DNA of 64,000 bases from Octopus vulgaris. Taxonomy: Eukaryota. Positions 53,156 to 64,000 of the stretch are shown here, piece by piece. The notes below the pieces were generated by a model. The model searched no databases and was not told the origin of the DNA. It saw nothing but the letters and a program-made list of their open reading frames with translations. The DNA is taken from assembly GCA_951406725.2 (NCBI GenBank), contig OX597818.1:143964001-144028000 (forward strand), read 5' to 3'. Each line of letters begins with the position of its first letter. Positions within the stretch are counted from its first letter, which is position 1. The translations under genes and the position numbers were made by a program.

Positions 53156-53849
53156 TTCCTTCTGTCTGACAGACCGAAAACGGCCGCCAAAACAGAAAAA
53201 GTGTAACGCGCTGAACGAGCGAAACGCGAAACCGCGTCAACGCCGTTCAGAATTTCCACAACAACAACAACGCTTTTTGTTCTTTTTTACCGAATTTTCA
53301 GGAGCCGAAAAAACGCTACCTTTTTTCCTCTACATTGTATACTTTATAGACAATAGTCTTTTCTTTAATTTAATTTTTTATTATCCATCTGGACTATTCC
53401 ATTTCTGCACGCTAATTTTATTTTTAATTTATTCCCATTCATGTGAAACCACTTATTCAAGTTCAAGTCATTGATGCAATTTTATACCAATTGCTATATT
53501 TACTTTTGTTATGTTACAATTATATTATACTTTAGTTTGATTTTAATTATTACTTACTACATATAATTCAATTGTTATTATTATTTTTATTGTTAAAGTG
53601 AAAGTATCTGACATAAAATAGAGAAATGTTTTTGTTTCACTTTTAACACGTAATACTGAAATAGTGGAGAAGATATGATATTGCTATGGGCTTGCTCTAG
53701 GCAAGAAGTTGAACATTTTTTTGCCCATGAAACTACATGGACCCTAAGTAAGGCATGTGTAAAATTTGAATGAAATTGGTTGCGTAGTTCTCAAGTTTTA
53801 GGGAAACACATAGACAGACAGACACACATTCTCAGTTTTATATATATAA

Positions 53850-53884
<35 letters not shown>

Positions 53885-54422
53885 CATAGACATACACAAA
53901 TACACATACATATACACAAATATACACATATATGCATATAAGTGCACATACACAGACTTACAAACACACACACACACATAAGCACACATACACAGGTACA
54001 TACTCACACGAGTGGATGCGGAAGTCTCTACGTGGTTGCTAAGCTCGCTAAAGTAGCAACGAATCCTCCCTCGTGTCACAGCCCGCCCTCTTTAAAAAAG
54101 AAGGAGACAAATTTGATAAAATGGTTTCTTATTTGTAGTATTTGAAAAAGATGATGGAATGTTCATGGCTGAAATAGTTTTGATTATAGTTCTAAGCGAC
54201 CAGGATTATTCAATGGACTAAACAACAGCGATTAAAAGCTATGGTGAGAGTGTCTATGCTGTTGCTCGGTCTGCTAGAAATAGCAGCCGAAACTCCCAAA
54301 AAAGGAAAAACGAATGGCATATACTGGACAATGCAGTTCTAGATATACAAAGAGATTAACATTACTGTTTTGCCTTTGGTCATAAGCCTATTGTTTGTTG
54401 ACTTGGAACGAAACAACACCAT

Positions 54423-54464
<42 letters not shown>

Positions 54465-55080
54465 TCACTCACTCACTCACTGCACCGGCCCTTTACAAGT
54501 CAGTGCATTTGCTTGCTTAAAACCATCAAGATAATATTTAAAACAGTTACACATCTTGGGACCCGGCCGCGTCGGTCTCTCTATAAACAACGATTCTATT
54601 GTGTTTCCACTCACTTTTCAACTTCTCCATTATTTACGCTCCACCAACCACCCTCTCCGTCATCCCTCTCCATCATCACTTCATCGGTTCACTGCTTTCC
54701 ACCATGTCTTCCCTCCCCTCTCCCTCAGCTCTCTCTCTCTCATCTCTCTCTCTTTCTCTCCCTCTCTCTCTCTCTCTCTCTCCCTCGCTCTCTTTCCCTC
54801 GTCCCATGATCATACTACTGATACTTTTCTTGTTGCTCTTTCCTCAAAAGCCGATGGTCAACGGCGTTTCAACCGTGGCCAATTCTTGTAGACCTACATT
54901 CTTCAATGTGTCCTTTTCTAATTTAAAACTGAAATGGGACAGAGTATGATAGGGTGCTGCTATTTCTAGCAGATCGAGGACACACAACGATCCTGCCTCC
55001 TCCATTGGCTGATGTCGTTGTTATTTAGAAACTGGTCAGTTCAAATTTTAATCACTGGACTCACGTCTAGGATGTGAATT

Positions 55081-55497
55081 AGAGGAGTGGCTGTGTGGTA
55101 AGTAGCTTGTTTACCAACCACACGGTTCCGAGTTCAGTCCCACTGCGTGGCACCTTGGGCAAGTGTCTTCTACTATAGCCCCGGGCCGACCAAAGCCTTG
55201 TGAGTGGATTTGGTAGATGGAAACTGAAAGAAGCCCGTCGTATATATGTATATATATATATATGTATGCGTGTGTGTGTTTGTGTGTCTGTGTTTGTCCC
55301 CCTAGCATTGCTTGACAACCGATGCTGGTGTGTTTATGTCCCCGTTACTTAGCGGTTCGGCAAAAAGAGACCGATAAAATAAGTACTGGGCTTACAAAGA
55401 ATAAGTCTCGGGGTCGATTTACTCGACTAAAGGCGGTGCTCCAGCATGGCCGCAGTCAAATGACTGAAACAAGTAAAAGAGTAAAGAGTAAAAGAGT
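55081..55497 (+). mobile_element. Full-length tRNA/CORE-type SINE
   Basis: A box TGGCTGTGTGG, B box GAGTTCAGTCC, core CACCTTGGGCAAGTG, internal microsatellite, (AAAGAGT)n tail. Confidence 0.92.
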
Positions 55498-55716
55498 AAT
55501 CCCTTGAGTATCGCGGGTATTACGTTCCAAAACCGCCCGCGATATGTTAAAATCCGCGAAGTAGAAACAATACTATACTGTATTTTTTATTATTATTTTT
55601 ATAATTTGTACATACGTATTTTATAATAAAAGCAAAACAACACCACGAAGGAATCGACGTACGCTTAAATAATAAACTGTGATAGGTGAACCGCGATATG
55701 GCTAAAGATTACTGTA
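55496..55716. mobile_element. Tc1/pogo-like MITE
   Basis: Imperfect TIRs AGTAATCCCTTGAGTATCGCGG ... CCGCGATATGGCTAAAGATTACTG-TA. Confidence 0.6.
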
Positions 55717-55857
55717 TCATTAACCCTGGAAAGGATGAAAGTTGATCCTGACAGTTTTGATAGTTAAATGGCCGTAACAAAGTACCACAAAACCGACACT
55801 ATCAATTCTGACAATCCACTGCCTCATTTAACTTGTGGCCAAACGCTGTGACTATCT

Positions 55858-56069
55858 CATCTCTTTTACTCTTTTACTTGTTTCAGTCATTTGACTGCGG
55901 CCATGCTGGAGCACCGCTTTTAGTCGAGCAAATCGACCCCGGGACTTATTCTTTGTAAGCCCAGTACTTATTATATCGGTCTCTTTTGCCGAACCGCTAA
56001 GTGACGGGGACGTAAACACACCAGCATCGGTTGTCAAGCAATGCTAGGGGGACACACAAACACACACAC

Positions 56070-56106
<37 letters not shown>

Positions 56107-56255
56107 CGACAGGCTTCTTTCAGTTTCCGTCTACCAAATCCACTCACAAGGCATTGGTCTGCCCGGGGCTATAGCAGAAGACACTTTCCCAAGATGCCAC
56201 GCAGTGGGACTGAACCCGGAACCATGTGGTTGGTTAGCAAGATCTTACCACACAG
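55858..56255 (-). mobile_element. Near full-length copy of the same SINE, inverted relative to 55081-55497
   Basis: Reverse complement match along its length. Confidence 0.9.
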
Positions 56256-56659
56256 CATTTATTTTTATCTTCATTTTTTAAATTTTTTATTTATTTATTC
56301 ATTCATTCACATATTGCAAACATTCTGTATCTAAGGTAGACTATTTTTGTGTGTTCTTCCTTCCTCAAGATGGTAGAGTTTGATTTGAAGCCGATCTGTT
56401 TGTCAATTGCAGGCAGCATGGCAAGCAACTATGCTGTGTCCCTCTAGATGAAGTACTGTTGCCGTTACTCCTGCTTCTCTTGTTATCATTATTGTAATAA
56501 TAACAATTATTGATGCTATTTTTGATGTTGTTACTGTTGTTTCTCCAGCTTGCTGCTGCTCACACAGCTTGATAATTTCCGGTTTCTTCGTAACTGGAAC
56601 AGGGAAGAATCCTTGGTACTCTGGTAAATCTGCAACCACCTGCCAATAGCCGTTCCACT

Positions 56660-57430
56660 TTTCATCATTCACAGGAAGTTTCTTCTTCAAACGGATCGGC
56701 TGTCCTGGACGTACGAAAGTAATGAACTCTCTGGTTTGTTTCTTCTATGGGGGGTTTTTTGCCACTGTTGATTAGAGCAATTTGGTTTTTTGCAGTATTG
56801 AAGAGGATCTTAAAAAGCAGCTTGTGTCTGCAGGCATATCTATCCAATGCCAGTGAACAGCAGGAAAGTATATGTTTCAGTGTTCCTACGTTCCCACATT
56901 TGCATTTATCACTCTGATACATTCCATCTCATCAGGTTTTTAGGCGACGGCAAGATATCGTAAGATGAACGAATTAAAAGACTCGGTCGTGATGCACTAC
57001 ACTTCCATATTTCATTCCAACTTTTTTTTTTATTATTTGTCTTAATTACGTGTTCCTCGTCTGCTCTTGTTAAGAGCATTGAATCACATGAAGGCAAAAG
57101 GAAAACGTGGAATATGCTAGAAAAATGAAGCAACTGGGGATGGAAAAGAACAGCTGAAGAAAGCAATGGAAATTTGCAGAGGAAAACGAAAAACCAAGCC
57201 ACGCTGTACTGTACGAGGAGTTGAAAAGAAAATGTCATTTTGTGCAACGAAATATACGCCGATATAAGTGAAGAAAAGAAAGCAAAAGGACTCGTGAACA
57301 ATTTCTGGGTGTTACGAAGAAGCTGTTTACTGAACCAAACAGCGGTACTCTATCGCGCACAAAAGAAGTACTGGATGCTCATATGAAAGAAATCTACAGC
57401 GATCCAAATCGTTACCAGCCACTGCAGTCT
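56660..57430. mobile_element. HERO-like RLE LINE remnants in opposite orientations
   Basis: Minus strand 56660-57030: LLIRSSYDILPSPKNLMRW..C.C..GTLKHILSCC..RY..RH. Plus strand 57070-57430: KLFTEPNSGTL..KEVLDAHMKEIYSDP (pre-RT region). Confidence 0.6.
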
Positions 57431-58375
57431 ATTAGAACTTGATATCAAGGCGAACACAAAGGATATCGTGATATGAGATATACAAAAAGATAAGATGGCA
57501 AAACTGAAATGCCTTTAATCATAGATCTATGTAATCAGATCTGACCTAGGGTTATATGAAGCAACAAGTACGCAGAACTAACTCGGTTCAACGGTTGAGA
57601 GATAATTGCCGCGGCTATGAACACAATGCAGTATCCTTGGCCGAGACAAGATCCGAACCACCGACCCGTTGACTGGCTGTTTGATACTTTATCCATTCGA
57701 CCACTATGTACTCTGTTACAACGATACTGACTGACAGATTAGTTTATAGCAGTGCCTAACAGTTTAAAACAAAAGAGAAAGTTTGACAATACGTTACCTA
57801 CCATTAGACTCTTGCATGCTTTTAGTGGAGTCTATCTGTTGCAAGCATTTGAGTTAGGTCTCAAGCCTGGGGATAACTTCCTCCCTTTCTCCTACAAATC
57901 TTTGAGACCATGAGAAAGATTATGGACTCTGGTCTTCCACCACTGACTAAACAATTAAAAGAAAATGCAGACACAAAAGAGTGAATATGCAGAATTAGAG
58001 AAAAGAAGAGGAAGAAAAAAGGAAGGATGGGAGGAAGTGAATGAACAAAGAAAACACACAGAAAGCATTTTGATTCATTATCTACTTTATATTTAGCATC
58101 GTTTAAATGTGGTCGTCGACATTGTTCGTGGCTGCTAGTAGTTTATGACATGTTGTCATATTGAGTGATTTAACCCAAGTGTCAATTGAAAGACACGTGT
58201 TCGACGATTGGTCATTGTTGAGGTTATGCCTGTTAAGCTAGTAGCAAAACATTCGACATTAATTAACCTAAAACGGCCATATAGAAAGGTGCATATGGTG
58301 TCCATATTTACGGTATATTTATTTTTCTGTTTTCCGTTTTTAAGATGTTAAATATTTAAATATAGATTTCTTAAG

Positions 58376-58418
<43 letters not shown>

Positions 58419-58869
58419 TGACAGACAGATTGACAAGCAGACAGACACATAGACGGACGGATGGACGGTTCCAGTAAGGTTACAGCCAGACACACACATA
58501 GACAAAGGATTGCGCTTCGTCATTGCGTTAATAGAGACAGGTTTTAAGAACTCAATATACTTATATTTCATAGCAAGTCACCAGGTCAGTACACAACGTA
58601 ATATCAATTAATAATTGATATAATGAGTTCTTAAAACTTGTCTCTATTAACGCAATGTATAATGTATATATGTATGCATGTATATTTATATGCATACGAG
58701 CATGCATACAAGGTAACTGTGAGTTCGAATTCGCCGAAAATGGTTCACCGGACATTAAACGGTAACGATCGAAAGAAGATATAAATTTGAACTTTTATAA
58801 GAACAAGAGAATTAAAATAAAAATCAGGGGTGATTTTTGCAAACATGAAATATATAATGAATAACTAAT

Positions 58870-59037
58870 AAAAACAAAACTGAAATGTATAATTGAGGAA
58901 GTTATAAGGGAAAGAAACGGAAGAGAAAGCTTAAAATTTAGATGTAAATATTATTACACAAAAAAGTAGTTATAATATTAAGAATACTAATAACTATATA
59001 GAAATAAGTACGTAGGCCAGCCAAAATTCATCAAACG

Positions 59038-59134
<97 letters not shown>

Positions 59135-59364
59135 TTAGCAACGAATTGCCTCACCAACACACCGAATTTAGAAATAGCAGTCAAAGAGATATAGCTATTC
59201 CTAGATATAGCTATAGTGTTCGGTGGTTGTGAGGTGTTGCTAAACCCTTAATTACTTAGTATTACTTAAATTTTCCTCGAATGGGGCTTTTACATACCGA
59301 AATCTACTTGGTGTAATTGATAATTATCCCTAATTAATTAATTTCACCCTTTTATTATTACTGA

Positions 59365-59429
<65 letters not shown>

Positions 59430-59476
59430 GTGTGTGTGTATATACGTTATATATATATATATATATATATATATAC

Positions 59477-59520
<44 letters not shown>

Positions 59521-59527
59521 ATATACG

Positions 59528-59586
<59 letters not shown>

Positions 59587-59748
59587 CGTTTGATGGTTGA
59601 ATTTTGGCTGGTCTACATACTTATTTCTATATAATTATTAGTATTCTTAATATTATAACTTCTTCTTTATGTAAATAATCTTTACATCTAAATTTTAAAC
59701 TTTCTTTTCCATATAACGTCCTCAGTTATACATTTCAAAGTTGTTTTG
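58870..59748. repeat. ~170-bp inverted repeat around (TA)n and a hairpin element (Penelope pseudo-LTR-like)
   Basis: 58870-59040 is the reverse complement of 59584-59748 with indels; contiguous with the 3' side of the GIY-YIG remnant. Confidence 0.7.
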
Positions 59749-59999
59749 GGGGATTTGGGGGTGGTTGTAAATTATCCATTAGATCAACAATTGTATATCC
59801 CCAATCCTCCTTAACAACGCCCTCATTCTAGCTAAAAACCTAATTAACCTGACCCTCTTAGAAAAAGACGTAATCATAACTGTCAGAAAAACAGTTAGGA
59901 TTATGTGGGGCTGTTGGGGATTTCCTAAGGGGTGTTGTGAATATATGCTGTGTGGTTATTTAAGTTACATTTAGATTTGTGGTAAAATTTGAAGGTATG

Positions 60000-60400
60000 A
60001 AAAAAGCGGTGGTTGCATGTACTTATGGGCTCATTTTATTATTTAGTAGTGTCGAGGAGTTGTGTTTTAACATGTAGAATGCCTCTTTTAGGCATAGCTT
60101 ACAGGCTAAGCGTTGACCTTGGTATGGAAGCCCTGAATCAATTATGGGCCATGACAAAATGTAGGGAATATTTCTATTTTTGAGATGATGTATGTGGCTG
60201 GCGAATGTTGTGGATTTACAGTGTTTCTCGTATCTAAAAGAATTTAGATGAGCGGCATATCGCTGTTCAAAATTTATGGTTGATCCTATATTTAAAGCTG
60301 TAGAACAGTGTAATGTGTTAAGGACGGTGCATTTATAAATTACATTAGATCTTCTACAATGGGTTTGTAGAGCGCAGATGAACCCAGGACGGCAGTACAA
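60000..60400 (-). mobile_element. Penelope-like GIY-YIG endonuclease remnant
   Basis: NVIYKCTV..IGSTINFEQRYAAHLNSF..STTFASHIHHLK..CKLCLKEAFY..LLN. Confidence 0.85.
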
Positions 60401-60439
60401 GTGGGTGTATTTTGGGGATTATTACAGGTAACACTTTAA

Positions 60440-61165
60440 TAATGGATAAACAACTCCTTGGCATTTCTCTTAAGGACATACCTATGCCTTCTCAAAAGAC
60501 TTTCCTCTTCACCAAAACTAAGGACATCACCCGAAGAATGCGATGGAAAGCCTTCTTCCACGACAACCAGAAAACTGAAGCGATAGTAACACCAACACAT
60601 ATAATTTTCGATCATATAAACAGCCTCCATACAATCCCCAACTCGACAAATGTGAAGCAGATATACTTCATAGGATTAGAAACATTAAATTCTCCAAATA
60701 TATATCCTCCTTTCAAAAACAACTTTCACATACCATAAAACGAATAGTTTCCTCCCTTAAATTACACGTCTTCTCAGATAAAACAGGAAAGATGTATCCT
60801 ATTACCACCGAGGAATACAACAAATTCATAAAGTAAAAAAAAACTCTACAAATCTTACAACATCTTACAACATCCGCCCTTGACGACATCAACACCAACC
60901 ATTGCAAACTAATGAAGAAATTATACGTGGATGACCGCACAGAGCCATACTGCCCTACACCTCCACGCTTCAACCTCAAAGATCATACGAAGGACTTTAT
61001 AAGCAAACCATCGATAAGCCTCATATGCCCCCACCAAATCCGACCTGGGAAGAATAAGCAAAAATATTTTGGACAAAATAATACCAATCGTCAAGGAGAG
61101 ATTAAACATCAACTTATGGTCCTGTACAGGTGAAGTTATAACATGGTTCCACCTCTTAAACAATG
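60440..61165 (+). mobile_element. Penelope-like ORF N-terminal / pre-RT remnant
   Basis: [48 protein letters not shown] and NLW..T.EVITWF. Confidence 0.75.
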
Positions 61166-61197
61166 CATGTATATATATATGTATATATATATATATG

Positions 61198-61260
<63 letters not shown>

Positions 61261-61630
61261 ATATGTATATATATATGTATATTTATATGTATATGTGTAT
61301 ATATATATGTATATATATGTATATATGTATATATATATATATACATATATGTCAAAACGATGTGTTATAATACTATTCCACAGCCAAACCAACAATCCAA
61401 CATACATCCATCATCAGCTGCCCCACGGATATCATTATTGTTTCGACACCTGGGCAGTACCATTCAAACCCGGCGGTGCCAACAGCACTAAAATAATAAG
61501 AACAAACAAACCAAAGAAACCACAACTTTCAAACACATTTACTCAATGCACATTGTGTCGGTATATGTATGTACTGTACATATATGTACATATATATATA
61601 CATACACACACACACACATACATATGTGTG

Positions 61631-61665
<35 letters not shown>

Positions 61666-61690
61666 ATATACGTGTATATATATATATATA

Positions 61691-62737
61691 TCTTTATATA
61701 TATAAAACTGAGAATGTGTGTGTGTGTGTCTGTCTGTCTGTCTGTGTGTTTCCCTAAAACTCGAGAACTACACAACCAATTTCATTCAAATTTTACACAT
61801 GCCTTACTTAGGGTCCATGTAGTTTCATGGGCAAAAACAACTTTCAACTTCTTGCCTAGAGCGAGCCCATAGCAATATCATATCTTCTCCACTATTTCAG
61901 TATTACGTGTTAAAAGTGAAACAAAAACGTTTCTCTATTTCATGTCAGATACTTTCACTTTAACAATAAAAATAATAATAACAATTCAATTATATGTAGT
62001 AAGTAATAATTAAAATCAAACTAAAGTATAATATAATCGTAACATAACAAAAGTAAAAATAGCAATTGGTATAAAATTGCATCAATGACTTAAACTTGAA
62101 TAAGTGGTTTCACATGAATGGGAATAAATTAAAAATAAAATTAGCGTGCAGAAATGGAATAGTCCAGATGGATAATAAAAAATTAAATTAAAGAAAAGAC
62201 TATTATCTATAAAGTATACAATGTAGAGAAAAAGAAGATTTGAACACATGGAGGAAAGCACCTTTGAAAAGTGTCTTGGTGCAACTATGAAAGGTATCTA
62301 ATCAGAAGTGGTAAATTCGCCACAATAGAAGCAAGGTTCGAGTCAACGGAGCATGCAAGGGAGTACTTGACTCGAACTTGCAAAGTGGAAATATTTTATT
62401 TTTACCTTTATATCTGGGACGTAGGACGTCCAGAAAAAATTTTTTAATAGCCCCCCCCCCCCCCCGAAGTATAGGTAGGCTGGATTGTAGCCACACTTCT
62501 ATACAAGAGGGAGGACAAGATACAATTGACCGAAATTACAAGAGACGGGCTAACAATTCCAGTCTGTTATATATTTTGAGTATTGTTATCACTAGCGATA
62601 TCAAGATATAACTTTGTACTTTGTATTTTATGTGTAGATGTATATATATAGATGTACATGTAATATGTACACATGTATATACACATATGTACATGCACTA
62701 GCACTATGACCCGGCAACGACGGGTCTTTAATGCTAG
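61691..62737 (+). mobile_element. Complete 1,047-bp non-autonomous Helitron (empty form)
   Basis: A|TC 5' end, GACCCG/CGGGTC hairpin at 62708-62726, CTAG|T 3' end, inserted in (AT)n with no TSD. Confidence 0.93.
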
Positions 62738-62783
<46 letters not shown>

Positions 62784-62859
62784 TATGTACATATATATCT
62801 GTATATGTATATATATCTATGTATTTATGTATATATACAAAAATATATATATATATGTA

Positions 62860-62894
<35 letters not shown>

Positions 62895-62905
62895 TTAAAT
62901 ATATG

Positions 62906-62960
<55 letters not shown>

Positions 62961-62967
62961 AATTGAA

Positions 62968-63990
62968 TTAAACTAGTTTCAGCTCACGAGCCGTAGCCAT
63001 GCTGGGGCACTACCATTTGGTATTGCTACATGTCTTTCACTTCACTAATTCTCAGTAATGCCCAGGTCTTGAACTGACTGTGTCTTGGGATTGCAATCCC
63101 TCCAGGTTCAGTGTATTTAATTGGTATTGCATTTAGTTTTGCATACTAATAGCATAGAGCTTGAAACTTTTCAGCATTAAACTGTAATTTATTCTTCGTA
63201 GCCCACATGTATATTTTATCTAACTCACGTTGCCGGTGCATAGCGTCTTCAGGGTTCTGTATCATCTGTGAGACTTTTGTATCATCTGCATAACTTGTGA
63301 TCGTGGTTCTCTGTGTGGGAGGGGGCATATGTGAGAGGGTCATTATAAACAGTAGTAGTCCCGAAACAGTGCCTTGCCGAACACTGCTCACTATTTGCGT
63401 CTCCTTGGCTACTACCGCTTGACGTCTATCTTTCAGAAAGTCATGAAGCCATTCTCCCAATTTCCCGACTATGCCGAGATCATGCAATTTGTGACATATT
63501 CCATGACCGACTTTATCGAAAATCTTTGCAAAGTCGAGATATATCACATACACATTTGAGTGGTTGAGCAGCTGTTTCAACACCCAGTCATAGTGTAAGA
63601 GCTGAGTCAGGCAGCTTCTTCGTGGTTGAAAACCATGTTGGGTGTCAGCGGCAAATCATTTTCTTGAAGGAACGTGGTTAATTTTCTTATGACTATTCGT
63701 CCATGATTTTTCTGATGCGAGGTCGGAGAGATAGGTCTGTAGTTTTGGGCCTCTTCTCCTTTATGAATGGGGCATGTTTTATTTTCCTTCAGCTTGCTTG
63801 GAAGTTTGCCAGTTGCAAGGAAGCTCTGGAAGAGTGACTGCAGTGGTCTTACTTGGACTCGCTTACATGATTTTAGAAGGATTGTTGGGAATCCATCAGG
63901 GCTAGTAGCTGAGTTCGGGTTCATCTCATCTATAGCCCTTATTACATCGTCTTCTTTTATATTAATCAATCATCACTGCCTCTGTTTTTA
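62968..63990 (-). mobile_element. CR1/L2-like LINE RT remnant with 3' tail
   Basis: SPDGFP, NYRPIS, VIYLDFAKIFDKV, SVRQGTV, YADDTK and W..NKLQFNAEKF; tail GGTAGTGCCCCAGCATGGC..CTGAAAC. Confidence 0.88.
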
Positions 63991-64000
63991 TATCTGAAAT

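Larger units (their letters stand above)
45957..53852 (-). mobile_element. Non-autonomous Helitron carrying a 6.9-kb nested array
   Basis: On the minus strand: 5' A|TCTTTATATATATAAAAC and 3' GACCCG-GCAACGA-CGGGTC hairpin + CTAG|T. Segments 45957-46448 and 53321-53852 together reproduce the 61691-62737 copy. Confidence 0.92.

Noticed and set aside
46449-53320. Reading the array as LTR retrotransposons or as a host tandem gene family
   Set aside because: No TG..CA LTRs, PBS or pol. The units are intronless, A-tailed, share a SINE tail and interrupt a Helitron. A host origin cannot be fully excluded without a database search.
61405-61450. CTGATGA and CGAAAC on the minus strand
   Set aside because: No consistent stems I-III could be drawn around them

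Overview
AT-rich, microsatellite-saturated animal genomic DNA. The SINE families and repeat spectrum suggest an octopus or other coleoid cephalopod (inference only). No host protein-coding exon could be called with confidence, and most ORFs in the supplied track are translations of simple repeats. The window is a transposon mosaic: RLE-type (R4/Dong-like and HERO-like) and CR1/L2-like LINE remnants, Penelope remnants, mariner/Tc1, MULE and hAT remnants, MITEs, tRNA-derived SINEs and Helitrons. Two systems stand out. (1) A non-autonomous Helitron is present twice: as a 1,047-bp empty copy (61691-62737, +) and as a 7.9-kb filled copy (45957-53852, -). The filled copy carries a head-to-tail array of four ~1.7-kb retroelement-like units. 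Each unit encodes only an ORF1/Gag-like CCHC zinc-knuckle protein with no RT, three of them start at the same Helitron nucleotide, and their 3' tail is shared with a SINE at 42032-42261. (2) At least five type I hammerhead ribozyme motifs cluster at 32.3-36.8 kb, in small non-coding elements bounded by direct or inverted repeats (retrozyme or Penelope pseudo-LTR-like), including a 491-nt unit with 125-bp direct repeats. All alignments and folds were done by eye, so boundaries of degenerate elements are approximate.
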